Shown here: one piece after another, positions 1 to 9,300 of the stretch
Numbering within the stretch: the stretch's first letter is position 1
Layout of the letters: each line of letters begins with the position of its first letter
Origin: Fidelibacterota bacterium
GTDB lineage: Bacteria > Fidelibacterota > Marinisomatia > Marinisomatales > TCS56
Direction: 5' to 3'
DNA: 37,860 nt
Assembly (NCBI GenBank): GCA_043822705.1
Contig: JBDRBK010000162.1
Coordinates: forward strand, 1-37,860
Notes under the pieces: generated by a model
What the model saw: the letters and a program-made list of their open reading frames with translations, nothing else
Database searches by the model: none
Told to the model about the DNA's origin: nothing
Translations under genes and position numbers: made by a program

Positions 1-610
1 GCTTGAAGGTCTGGGGTGATTGCGGCAGGGCATAAAATTTACCTTTGTGAATCCGGCTGGGCACCAGGTAGTCGCGGGCCCCTTCCGGGGTGGATTTCAT
101 CAGCACCGGCGTCTCGATCTCGATAAAATTATTCGCTGCCAGATGATTGCGCACTACCTGGTAGGTGCGATGCCGCAGCTCCAGATATTTCTGCAGTTCC
201 TCGGTGCGCAGTTCCAGGTAGCGGTATTTCAGCCGCAGGTCTTCCAGCGCGCTGGCGCGGTCGGTGATGATGAATGGCAGCGGCGCCGCTTCATTGAGGA
301 TGATCATTTCAGCAACGACCACCTCGATTTCGCCGGTCGGCAGATCATGATTGATCGCTTCCGTCGCCCGCGGTTGGACCACGCCACGGACGCTGATCTC
401 ATCTTCCAGGGAAAGCTTCTTGACCTGCTCGACTGAGCCGCTATAGGTATCGGTATTGAAGACCAGTTGGGTCTTGCCGTAACGGTCGCGCAGGTCCACG
501 AACACGACTTGCCCATGGAGCCGGACGGTGTTGACCCAGCCGTTCAGGCTGACTTTAGATTCGCTGTCGGTTTTTCGTAATTCGCCACAGGTATGCGTAC
601 GTTTGAACAT
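1..610 (-). CDS. aspS: Aspartate--tRNA ligase, 5' part (runs off the window edge)
   Basis: Not in the ORF track because no stop lies in the window. Manual translation from ATG 610: MFKRTHTCGELR...LNGWVNTVRLHGQVVFVDLRDRYG...LKYRYLELR...EIETPVLMKSTPEGARDYLVPSR...FYALPQSPQTFK. These are the OB-fold and motif 1 signatures of AspRS. Confidence 0.97.
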   Translation of the reverse strand, partial: MFKRTHTCGELRKTDSESKVSLNGWVNTVRLHGQVVFVDLRDRYGKTQLVFNTDTYSGSVEQVKKLSLEDEISVRGVVQPRATEAINHDLPTGEIEVVVAEMIILNEAAPLPFIITDRASALEDLRLKYRYLELRTEELQKYLELRHRTYQVVRNHLAANNFIEIETPVLMKSTPEGARDYLVPSRIHKGKFYALPQSPQTFK

Positions 611-628
611 GCTTTTCCTTTAAACATC

Positions 629-698
629 TGTCACCCTGAGCCGGTCGAAGGGTGATAATTCAATTTACCGGTCATGCTTCGACGGGCTCAGCATAACA
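629..698. repeat. Inverted doublet of REP-like palindromic units
   Basis: TGTCACCCTGAGCCGGTCGAAGGGTGA (629-655) and an inverted variant GTCATGCTTCGACGGGCTCAGCATAACA (671-698; reverse complement TGTTATGCTGAGCCCGTCGAAGCATGAC). Confidence 0.8.
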
Positions 699-741
699 TT
701 AATAATGATTTAATTTCAAAAATACAGGCTGAATTTATTGG

Positions 742-800
742 ATAGTTGGGGATTATGCGCAGGGAAACCATTGACGGCGACTCAAACCGTTTGACCGGTT
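742..800. repeat. Degenerate REP arm immediately downstream of tnpA
   Basis: ATAG...AGGG (742-764), a 20-nt spacer, then AACCGTTTGACCGGTT (785-800). Same layout as the arm at 4990-5052. Ends 2 nt from the tnpA stop. Confidence 0.55.
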
Positions 801-802
801 GC

Positions 803-1231
803 TCATTTTAATCCATATTTCTCCAAAAACAGATCGACCTCCTCCTGGTAGCTGCGTTTCCGGTGATGTTCGATCTGCTGGCGGATATATTCCTCCACCG
901 TGTCAACCTGCGATTCACTAACCGAAAAGGCAGCATACCCGGTCTGCCAGGCGAAATTCGATTCAATCAGATCCTGACGGTTAATCCAATTGGCTGTTTC
1001 AGCTTTCACCAGTTTGATCAATTCCGCCAGCGATTTTTCCGGCGTCAACTGGAATAAGACATGTACATGATCGGCGGTACCGTTGATAATCATTACCGGG
1101 CTATTCCGTTTTTCGAAATTTTCCACGATCCGCCGATGGATATTTTCACTGTATTCTGTTTCAATCAGGGGTTGCCGGTCCTTGGTGCCGAATATGATAT
1201 GAATCCAGATTCTGGATAATGAATGCGACAT
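803..1231 (-). mobile_element. tnpA: IS200/IS605-family HUH (Y1) transposase TnpA, possibly REP-associated
   Basis: 142 aa; N-terminal WIHIIFGTKDR, HUH motif DHVHVL, FAWQTGYAAFSVS, and catalytic Tyr in VEEYIRQQIEHH. No tnpB adjacent. Confidence 0.92.
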
Positions 1232-1330
1232 TTGACCATCCGAATAATTAATGATTGCATGAATCTATAAACAATTTACTAACGATCAATTCAATAAATT
1301 CAGCTTTAAAAACAACCGGAATTTTAAATA

Positions 1331-1831
1331 ATGATCATTCGCGAAGAAACGCCTGCCGATATTGATGCGATAACTGCGGTCACGATCGCGGCCTTCAGAA
1401 CCCTCCCGATCAGCAATAACACCGAGCATTTTATCATCCATGCCCTGCGGACGGCTGGGGTCCTGACGCTCTCAATGGTGGCCGAACGGGACGATATAGT
1501 CGTCGGCCATATCGCCTTTTCGCCGGTTACCATATCGGATGGTACGAGAAACTGGTACGGCCTCGGGCCGGTGGCCGTATTGCCGGAATTACATAAACAG
1601 GGTATCGGAACGGCCCAGATCAACGAAGGTCTGGCGCGGCTGCAGGCGCTGGGCGGCCACGGCTGCCAGCTGGTGGGCGATCCCAATTATTACCGGCGCT
1701 TTGGTTTCAATAATTACCCGCAACTGGTGCATGAGGGCATCCCGCCGGAGGTTTTCATGGGCATGCCGTTTACCGATTCGATCCCGGTGGGGACCGTTAA
1801 TTTTCACGAGGCCTTTTTGGCGACAGAATAA
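1331..1831 (+). CDS. GNAT family N-acetyltransferase (YhbS-like)
   Basis: MIIREETPADIDAI, VGHIAFSPV, GLGPVAVLPELHKQGIG (acetyl-CoA motif A), LVGDPNYYRRFGF. Confidence 0.92.
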   Translation: MIIREETPADIDAITAVTIAAFRTLPISNNTEHFIIHALRTAGVLTLSMVAERDDIVVGHIAFSPVTISDGTRNWYGLGPVAVLPELHKQGIGTAQINEGLARLQALGGHGCQLVGDPNYYRRFGFNNYPQLVHEGIPPEVFMGMPFTDSIPVGTVNFHEAFLATE

Positions 1832-1858
1832 AACCCAATTAATTCTTTTAACCAGCTC

Positions 1859-1911
1859 AAACCGTTAATACGGTTTCGCCTTTATCTTTGCACCTGAAAC
1901 CCGCGACTAAA
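1859..1911. repeat. REP arm with truncated inner hairpin (left junction of cargo)
   Basis: Palindrome AAACCGTTAATACGGTTT (1859-1876), a ~22-nt spacer, then ACCCGCGACTAAA (1899-1911). The latter is the left half of the hairpin seen complete at 4922-4946. Confidence 0.7.
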
Positions 1912-1943
1912 ATTGAATGACGGTGTCAGTCAGGTGCCGGGTA

Positions 1944-1975
1944 ACCTTCCAGGTCTACTTTGCGACCTGGAAGGT
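1944..1975. repeat. Palindromic element with perfect 12-bp arms
   Basis: ACCTTCCAGGTC-N8-GACCTGGAAGGT. Confidence 0.8.
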
Positions 1976-1996
1976 CGCTCAGTTGGGTTGGAATTT

Positions 1997-2024
1997 GTAG
2001 GGACAAGACCTGTCTTGTCCCTAC
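1997..2024. repeat. GTAG-type REP-like palindrome, copy 1
   Basis: GTAGGGACAAGAC-CT-GTCTTGTCCCTAC; related copy at 36272-36299. Confidence 0.85.
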
Positions 2025-2179
2025 CCCGCCATGCATAAATACCTTGATTTAATTACACCAGGCGCCCTAAACTTATGTCGCCGAACCGGATACGGGAATC
2101 CTCGCCTGCTGATTTTTATTGTCTATCGTCCCTGGATGAAATACTAACCTAAAAATTTTAACAAATACGAGTAAGTACT

Positions 2180-2953
2180 ATGGTTCTATATGCAATAGCA
2201 TTTGATTTTGATTGTCCATTTTCCTTTAAAAAGGTAAAGCTTCATTTTGGAGGTTATGAGTTTGTTTTTCATTATGGAGGTAATCAAAATGTAGATGTTA
2301 TTGAAACAATTCTAAAAGATAATAATGAAACCGAGCAGTTTGCACAAACTGCTATTGATTTTTGCCAAAGAATTGTAAAAGCAAATGAAACTTGCAGTTT
2401 TAGATATGTTATCGAATTTATAATTGGAGGAATAAAAACACCAATTGATTTAATAGATAAAGAACCTGCAATTCGTATTAAAAGAAGATCCAATAATCTT
2501 ATGGCAGATGTAAATGAAATTGGTGAATTTTTATCGGAAGAACAGAAAATTGTCACATCATTGATTAACGATGCTCAAAATACAAAAAATCCTTTTTTCA
2601 AATTTCTTTGTTATTGGAAAATATTAGAGATACCAGTTGACTCAAAATATGGGAACGCAAGGAAATGGATTAACAATATCTTAAAAGGAGATCAAGCTGA
2701 TTTTAAATTTAATAATAATATATTAGATATGCTCGAAAAGAAGATTGATATTGGACAATATTTTCAAGAAAACTATAGAAATGCTATTGCCCATATTACA
2801 AGACCACCCTTCTTATCAACACATAATTATTCTCATTTTAAAAAGGTTTCCCTTGCCTGTACGGATATAAAGATTTTTGTTGATTATTACCTTAGACACG
2901 TTGTTGGTTGGTATAATCCTCCAATCAAAAACAAGATAGTAAAAATAATCTAA
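2180..2953 (+). CDS. Hypothetical protein with C-terminal HEPN-like RxxxxH motif (MauJ/ApeA-like)
   Basis: 257 aa, visibly very AT-rich relative to neighbours. Helical C-terminal half with FKFLCYWKILE and YRNAIAH (R-x4-H). The ORF is secure; the family is inferred from motifs. Confidence 0.65.
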   Translation: MVLYAIAFDFDCPFSFKKVKLHFGGYEFVFHYGGNQNVDVIETILKDNNETEQFAQTAIDFCQRIVKANETCSFRYVIEFIIGGIKTPIDLIDKEPAIRIKRRSNNLMADVNEIGEFLSEEQKIVTSLINDAQNTKNPFFKFLCYWKILEIPVDSKYGNARKWINNILKGDQADFKFNNNILDMLEKKIDIGQYFQENYRNAIAHITRPPFLSTHNYSHFKKVSLACTDIKIFVDYYLRHVVGWYNPPIKNKIVKII

Positions 2954-3045
2954 TTATTAATACAAATTCTCTCCTCTTGATTAGGAATACATATGGATAG
3001 TAATTGACATTTAATGGCAATATTAAATGCTAACCGTTTATTGGT

Positions 3046-3186
3046 CTAAAAATCACCCCAGGTTGTTTCTCGGGCCAACCACAAATGGAGCATCACCCGC
3101 TTGACCGCCATTTCCGCCCGGGACAGGTCCAAATCGGGGGCGTGCTCATTGATGCGCCGGCGGGCGCGCTCCAAAGCCCACCGCAT
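3046..3186 (-). pseudogene. Diverged duplicate of the atpC 3' end (epsilon C-terminal helices), 46-codon frame
   Basis: Translates MRWALERARRRINEHAPDLDLSRAEMAVKRVMLHLWLARETTWGDF*, aligning without gaps to AtpC RQALERAKNRIGEHGPDLDLARAEMSIRRALIRLRVV. Confidence 0.88.
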
Positions 3187-3258
3187 TATTTAATACTACC
3201 ATTTCTTTTACCGCTAAAACAACCATACTGCCAATCCACAACAAAATAAACTAAATAC

Positions 3259-3287
3259 TGTCGCGAATATATACTATATTTGCGACA
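3259..3287. promoter_or_regulatory. Inverted-repeat operator upstream of abiEi
   Basis: TGTCGCGAATATA-TAC-TATATTTGCGACA (12/13 arm match), 16 nt before the ATG. AbiE antitoxins are known to autorepress via promoter inverted repeats. Confidence 0.7.
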
Positions 3288-3303
3288 CTAACGGAGACTT
3301 TTC

Positions 3304-3918
3304 ATGCCTGTAAACATAGAGATACAAATACTTACTAAATTCAGAAAGGCCGGGCGGGGTCGGCTCTTTTTCATCGAAAATTTTCTATCGTTTGGTAATT
3401 CAAAAGCCGTAAGTAAAACATTGGAACGTTTGATACAAAAGGGTGAACTTGTGCGTGTCGCGACAGGAATTTATGTCCGGCCCAAAAAAGATGAGGCCAT
3501 AGGTTACCTTACACCTGGAATTGAAGAAATCGCCAAAGCCATTGCCAAAAGAGACCGGGCCAGGATCGTTCCTACCGGCATCTATGCTCTGAATAAACTG
3601 GGTCTTTCTACCCAGGTGCCATTGAATATTATATATCTAACGGATGGGGCCGCCCGTAAAATCAAAGTTGGAAAACATACCATTGTTTTAAAAAAAACAA
3701 CCCCTAAAAATTTAGCTGCCATCGGTGATATAAGCCGATTGGCTATCCAGGCTTTACGCACCTTAGGCAAAGAAAATGTCACATCTGAAGAAATAAAAAA
3801 AATTCAGCAATTACTAAAAAAAGAAAAAATCACGCGCCTACAACATGATATCCGCTTAGCCCCGGCATGGATTCGCGATATAATGAAACCGGTATTGGAA
3901 AACAGAGCCGATGAATAA
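3304..3918 (+). CDS. AbiEi-like antitoxin (DUF6088-type, N-terminal winged HTH)
   Basis: AVSKTLERLIQKGELVRVATGIYVRP, ALNKLGLSTQVP, YLTDGAARKI. GGAG RBS; overlaps the next gene by 8 nt. Confidence 0.85.
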   Translation: MPVNIEIQILTKFRKAGRGRLFFIENFLSFGNSKAVSKTLERLIQKGELVRVATGIYVRPKKDEAIGYLTPGIEEIAKAIAKRDRARIVPTGIYALNKLGLSTQVPLNIIYLTDGAARKIKVGKHTIVLKKTTPKNLAAIGDISRLAIQALRTLGKENVTSEEIKKIQQLLKKEKITRLQHDIRLAPAWIRDIMKPVLENRADE

Positions 3919-4933
3919 ACACTCAATCCAAGAATGGCTTAAACTGTCAGACAGAACAAAAATATATATTTTCACCGAAACCAGTACAAAAACCGGTCTG
4001 CCTGCTATTGCTATTGAAAAAGACTGGTGGGTAGTCAAAACTCTGGAAGTTATTTTTAATACGGAAATTGCGGACCACACAGTTTTTAAGGGCGGAACTT
4101 CTTTAAGCAAAGCATGGGGGTTGATTGAGAGATTTTCGGAAGACATTGATTTAGCTCTGGACAGGAAATTTCTTGGCTTCGATCAAGAAATGACCACATC
4201 TCAGGTAAAAAAACTACGGAAGGATTCCTTCCGATTTATTTCAGAAAAATATTATCCTGCACTGGAACAGGCATTCCATGAGTATGGCTTACGCGATGTG
4301 AAGCTGGAATTAGCAGATACTACTGCAAATGACCAGGATCCATTAATAATCATAGTGCATTACACCGGACTTATTGAAAAATCGGAATACATTCAATCAC
4401 GTATTTTAATCGAAATTGGAAGTCGCTCTTTGAGGGAACCGTTTACAGTGATGCACTTTCGGACATTAGTAGGTGAGCATTTCCCGGGTAAACCATTTAC
4501 GGATAATTTGATTAGTATTCCAACCGTAAATCCGGAAAGGACATTTCTTGAAAAAATATTCTTATTGCACGAAGAGTTTCAAAAACCGAATAATAAGATT
4601 AAAGTGAATCGCTTAAGTCGGCATTTATACGATGTGGAAAAAATGATGGATACAAAATATGCCAGAAAAGCATTATCTGGAAAAACTTTATATCAACATA
4701 TAGTGGAGCATAGAAGAACAATTACGCCAATTAGAGGGATAAATTACGAAAATCACAATTCTGATAAAATAAATCCTATTCCACCTGAAAGTATATGGAA
4801 TGACTGGAAGCAGGATTACAATAAAATGCAACGAAACATGATATATGGTGATTCGCTATCATTTAACGAACTGATTGATCGGATTCGACAACTGAAAGAA
4901 AAAATCAATAATTTACCCCTGACCCACGACTAA
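3911..4933 (+). CDS. Nucleotidyltransferase AbiEii/AbiGii family toxin (type IV TA / abortive infection)
   Basis: IEKDWWV, VFKGGTSLSK, IERFSEDIDL, PERTFLEKIFLLHE, SRHLYDV motifs. Confidence 0.93.
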   Translation: MNKHSIQEWLKLSDRTKIYIFTETSTKTGLPAIAIEKDWWVVKTLEVIFNTEIADHTVFKGGTSLSKAWGLIERFSEDIDLALDRKFLGFDQEMTTSQVKKLRKDSFRFISEKYYPALEQAFHEYGLRDVKLELADTTANDQDPLIIIVHYTGLIEKSEYIQSRILIEIGSRSLREPFTVMHFRTLVGEHFPGKPFTDNLISIPTVNPERTFLEKIFLLHEEFQKPNNKIKVNRLSRHLYDVEKMMDTKYARKALSGKTLYQHIVEHRRTITPIRGINYENHNSDKINPIPPESIWNDWKQDYNKMQRNMIYGDSLSFNELIDRIRQLKEKINNLPLTHD

Positions 4934-5052
4934 AGTCGTGTGCTATTAATGATCCATTATAATTATTTCAAATCTGTATTTATTTGTAAATAGCCCAAGG
5001 TTTTAACCGTAGGGAAAAGAATACAAAAAATGAATTAACCGGTTTTACGGTT
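4922..5052. repeat. REP composite between the convergent abiEii and atpC
   Basis: ACCCACGACTAAAGTCGTGTGCTAT (4922-4946), an AT-rich centre, inverted ATAGCCCAAGGTTTTAACCGTAGGG (4990-5014), a 22-nt spacer, then AACCGGTTTTACGGTT (5037-5052). Confidence 0.8.
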
Positions 5053-5060
5053 CAGAAATA

Positions 5061-5467
5061 TCAGGATAGGATACGGTTGACGACCCGCAGACGGATCAGG
5101 GCGCGCCTGATTGACATTTCCGCCCGCGCCAAATCCAGATCGGGACCATGTTCACCGATCCGGTTCTTCGCCCGTTCCAGGGCCTGGCGGGCGCGATCGG
5201 GATCAATCTCGGCGGCGTGCTCGGCCGTTTCCACCAGCAGGCGCACCGTGTCTCCGGTGATCTCGGCAAAGCCGCCCCGCGTCGCCAGGTACACCGTTTC
5301 CTTATCGGAAACGACTTTGATCTCACCTTCCGCCAGGGCGAACATGGCGTTGGTATGGCGCGCCAGGATACCGAACTGGCCGTCGCTGCCGGGGCAGCGC
5401 AGGTAGCTGACTTCACCCTTATCGATGACCCTGGTGGGCGTTACGATTTCCAGCCGGAAAGTGCTCA

Positions 5468-5468
<1 letters not shown>
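5061..5468 (-). CDS. atpC: ATP synthase F1 epsilon subunit
   Basis: FRLEIVTP, PGSDGQFGILARH, GGFAEI; last gene of the operon. Confidence 0.97.
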
Positions 5469-6868
<1,400 letters not shown>

Positions 6869-6874
6869 CTATCC

Positions 6875-7747
6875 TTATGCCTTTAGCTGCGCGTCTGCTC
6901 CAGAAACGATCTCCAGTAGTTCTTTGGTGATCGCCGCCTGACGCGCTTTATTGTAATCTAATGTTAAGGTTGAAATCATATCCGAGGCGTTTTCGGTGGC
7001 GCTGCTCATGGCGTTCATCCGGGCGGCTTGCTCGGCGGCGTTGGATTCCAGCAACGCCTGCCAGACCTGCACATTCAAATGCCGCGGTACCAGCGTATTG
7101 ACAATTTTCTCTTCCGACGGTTCGAACAGAAATTCACCGATTTCCGTCCGGGATTCAGCTTCCGCCGGCTCCGATAATACCAACGGCAGGAATTGCTGGG
7201 TGATCACTTCCTGGCGCATGACATTTTTGAATTCGTTGTAGATCAGGATAACCTTGTCCAGGTTGTCTTCCAGATAGAGGCGCGTAACTTGGGCGACGAT
7301 ACCGGCGGCGTGAGAAAAATTCAGTTCACCCCAGAAATCGGTATATTTGCCGATCACGTTGTAGCCGCGTTTGCTAAAGTGATTGTGACCTTTTTTACCG
7401 ACACAAATCAGGGCTGCATCGTCCTTACCGTATTCTTCGATCAGGGCGGCGGCGGTGCGGATGATATTGGAATTGAAACCGCCGCACAGACCGCGGTCGG
7501 CGGTGATAATTACGAAACCGGTCTGCTCCGGTTCGCGGACTTCCAGCAGCGGATTCAGCGAACGGTCGATGACGGGCAGCAGGTGATCCAGTACCTCGTC
7601 GATCCGCCGGGCATAGGGCCGCGCCTGTTCCATATTCTGCTGCGATTTACGCAGCCGGGCGGCCGCCACCATTTTCATGGCGTTGGTCACCTTCTGAATA
7701 TTCTTAACGGCGCGGATGCGCTGCCGGATGTCCTTCAGACTTGCCAT
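6875..7747 (-). CDS. atpG: ATP synthase F1 gamma subunit
   Basis: IQKVTNAMKMVAAARL, DRGLCGGFNSNI, YNKARQAAITKELLEI. Confidence 0.99.
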   Translation of the reverse strand: MASLKDIRQRIRAVKNIQKVTNAMKMVAAARLRKSQQNMEQARPYARRIDEVLDHLLPVIDRSLNPLLEVREPEQTGFVIITADRGLCGGFNSNIIRTAAALIEEYGKDDAALICVGKKGHNHFSKRGYNVIGKYTDFWGELNFSHAAGIVAQVTRLYLEDNLDKVILIYNEFKNVMRQEVITQQFLPLVLSEPAEAESRTEIGEFLFEPSEEKIVNTLVPRHLNVQVWQALLESNAAEQAARMNAMSSATENASDMISTLTLDYNKARQAAITKELLEIVSGADAQLKA

Positions 7748-7759
7748 CGCTGATCCCGG

Positions 7760-9286
7760 TTAACGGTTTTTGAATCCGGCGATAAAATCCTGCAGCAGAC
7801 CGCGCAGGCCGGTTTTAATATTGTCGGTTAACTCCCGCTGATCAGCAATTTCCTGTAAAACACTATTGCCGGAAGTCTCTACATAATTCAATAATTCCTT
7901 GGAAAAAACCTTGGTTTGATCGATGGTCAATTCGTCCAGGTAGCCCTCGACGCCGGCGAAAATCACGGCGATCTGCTGTTCCACCCGCAACGGTTCGAAC
8001 TGGCTCTGGTTGAGTACTTCCACGAGCCGGTAGCCACGGTTCAGTTGTTTCTTGGTAGCGGCGTCCATATCGGAACCGAATTTGGCAAATGCTTCCAGTT
8101 CGCGGAACTGGGCCAGATCGAGTTTTAGGGAACCGGCCACCTGTTTCATGGCCTTGATCTGGGCGTTGCCGCCGACACGGGAAACGGAGATACCGACGTT
8201 GATAGCCGGCCGGACGCCGGAATAGAACAGGTTGCCTTCCAGAAATATCTGGCCGTCGGTAATCGAAATCACATTGGTGGGAATATAGGCCGAAACATCG
8301 CCATCCTGGGTTTCGATGATCGGCAGGGCCGTCAGCGATCCGCCGCCCAGATCGGCGCTCAGTTTGGAGGCCCGTTCCAGCAGCCGGCTGTGCAGGTTGA
8401 AAATATCGCCGGGATAGGCTTCGCGCCCCGGAGGTCGGCGCAACAGCAGCGAAACCTGACGATAGGCTACGGCGTGTTTGGAAAGGTCGTCGTACACAAT
8501 CAGGGCATGCTGGCCGTTGTCGCGGAAATATTCGCCCATGGTAGCACCGGCGTAAGGGGCAATGAACTGCATCGGAGCCGGATCGGAAGCGTTGGCGGCC
8601 ACCACGATCGTGTACTCCATGGCGCCGTTGGCTTCCAGTTCCCCCACCACCCGCGCCACGGTCGACGCTTTCTGGCCGATGGCGACATAGATACAGAAGA
8701 CCGGTTTGTCGGTCTTGTGGGTATCCTTCTGGTTGATAATGGTGTCGATGGCGATGGCGGTCTTGCCGGTCTGACGGTCGCCCAGGATCAGCTCACGCTG
8801 TCCACGGCCGATCGGGATCATGCTGTCGATCGCTTTGAGACCGGTCTGGAGTGGTTCCTTTACCGGGGAGCGTTGCAGCACGCCCAGCGCTTTGCGCTCA
8901 ATGCGGCGTTTTTCCTTGGGCTCGATCGTGCCTTTGCCGTCAATGGCGATGCCCAGGGGATTGACCACCCGGCCCATCATTTCCGGCCCGACCCCGCATT
9001 CGACCACGGCGCCGGTCCGTTTTGCCAGATCGCCTTCCTTCACCAGGTGGCTTTCACCAAACAATACCAGACCGACGTTGTCCTCTTCCAGGTTCAGGGC
9101 CATGCCGAACACATCGTTGGGCAATTCCACCAGCTCGGAGGACATCACGTTTTCCAGGCCGGAGCAGCGGGCGATACCGTCGCCAACTTCAATAACTTCG
9201 CCGACTTCCGAGACATCGACGGTAACATCGAATTTGTCGATCTGCTCGCGCAGTAATGAGCGAATTTCTTCTGTTCTGATTTCCAT
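7760..9286 (-). CDS. atpA: ATP synthase F1 alpha subunit
   Basis: [27 protein letters not shown]. Confidence 0.99.
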   Translation of the reverse strand: MEIRTEEIRSLLREQIDKFDVTVDVSEVGEVIEVGDGIARCSGLENVMSSELVELPNDVFGMALNLEEDNVGLVLFGESHLVKEGDLAKRTGAVVECGVGPEMMGRVVNPLGIAIDGKGTIEPKEKRRIERKALGVLQRSPVKEPLQTGLKAIDSMIPIGRGQRELILGDRQTGKTAIAIDTIINQKDTHKTDKPVFCIYVAIGQKASTVARVVGELEANGAMEYTIVVAANASDPAPMQFIAPYAGATMGEYFRDNGQHALIVYDDLSKHAVAYRQVSLLLRRPPGREAYPGDIFNLHSRLLERASKLSADLGGGSLTALPIIETQDGDVSAYIPTNVISITDGQIFLEGNLFYSGVRPAINVGISVSRVGGNAQIKAMKQVAGSLKLDLAQFRELEAFAKFGSDMDAATKKQLNRGYRLVEVLNQSQFEPLRVEQQIAVIFAGVEGYLDELTIDQTKVFSKELLNYVETSGNSVLQEIADQRELTDNIKTGLRGLLQDFIAGFKNR

Positions 9287-9300
9287 AATTCTCTACAAAG

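Noticed and set aside
803..1231. Complete IS605 element or TnpB/omega-RNA system
   Set aside because: No tnpB or iscB ORF nearby, and IS ends could not be defined.
2076..2153. 25-codon ORF MSPNRIRESSPADFYCLSSLDEILT upstream of the HEPN-like gene
   Set aside because: No RBS or recognisable motif; cannot be distinguished from chance.
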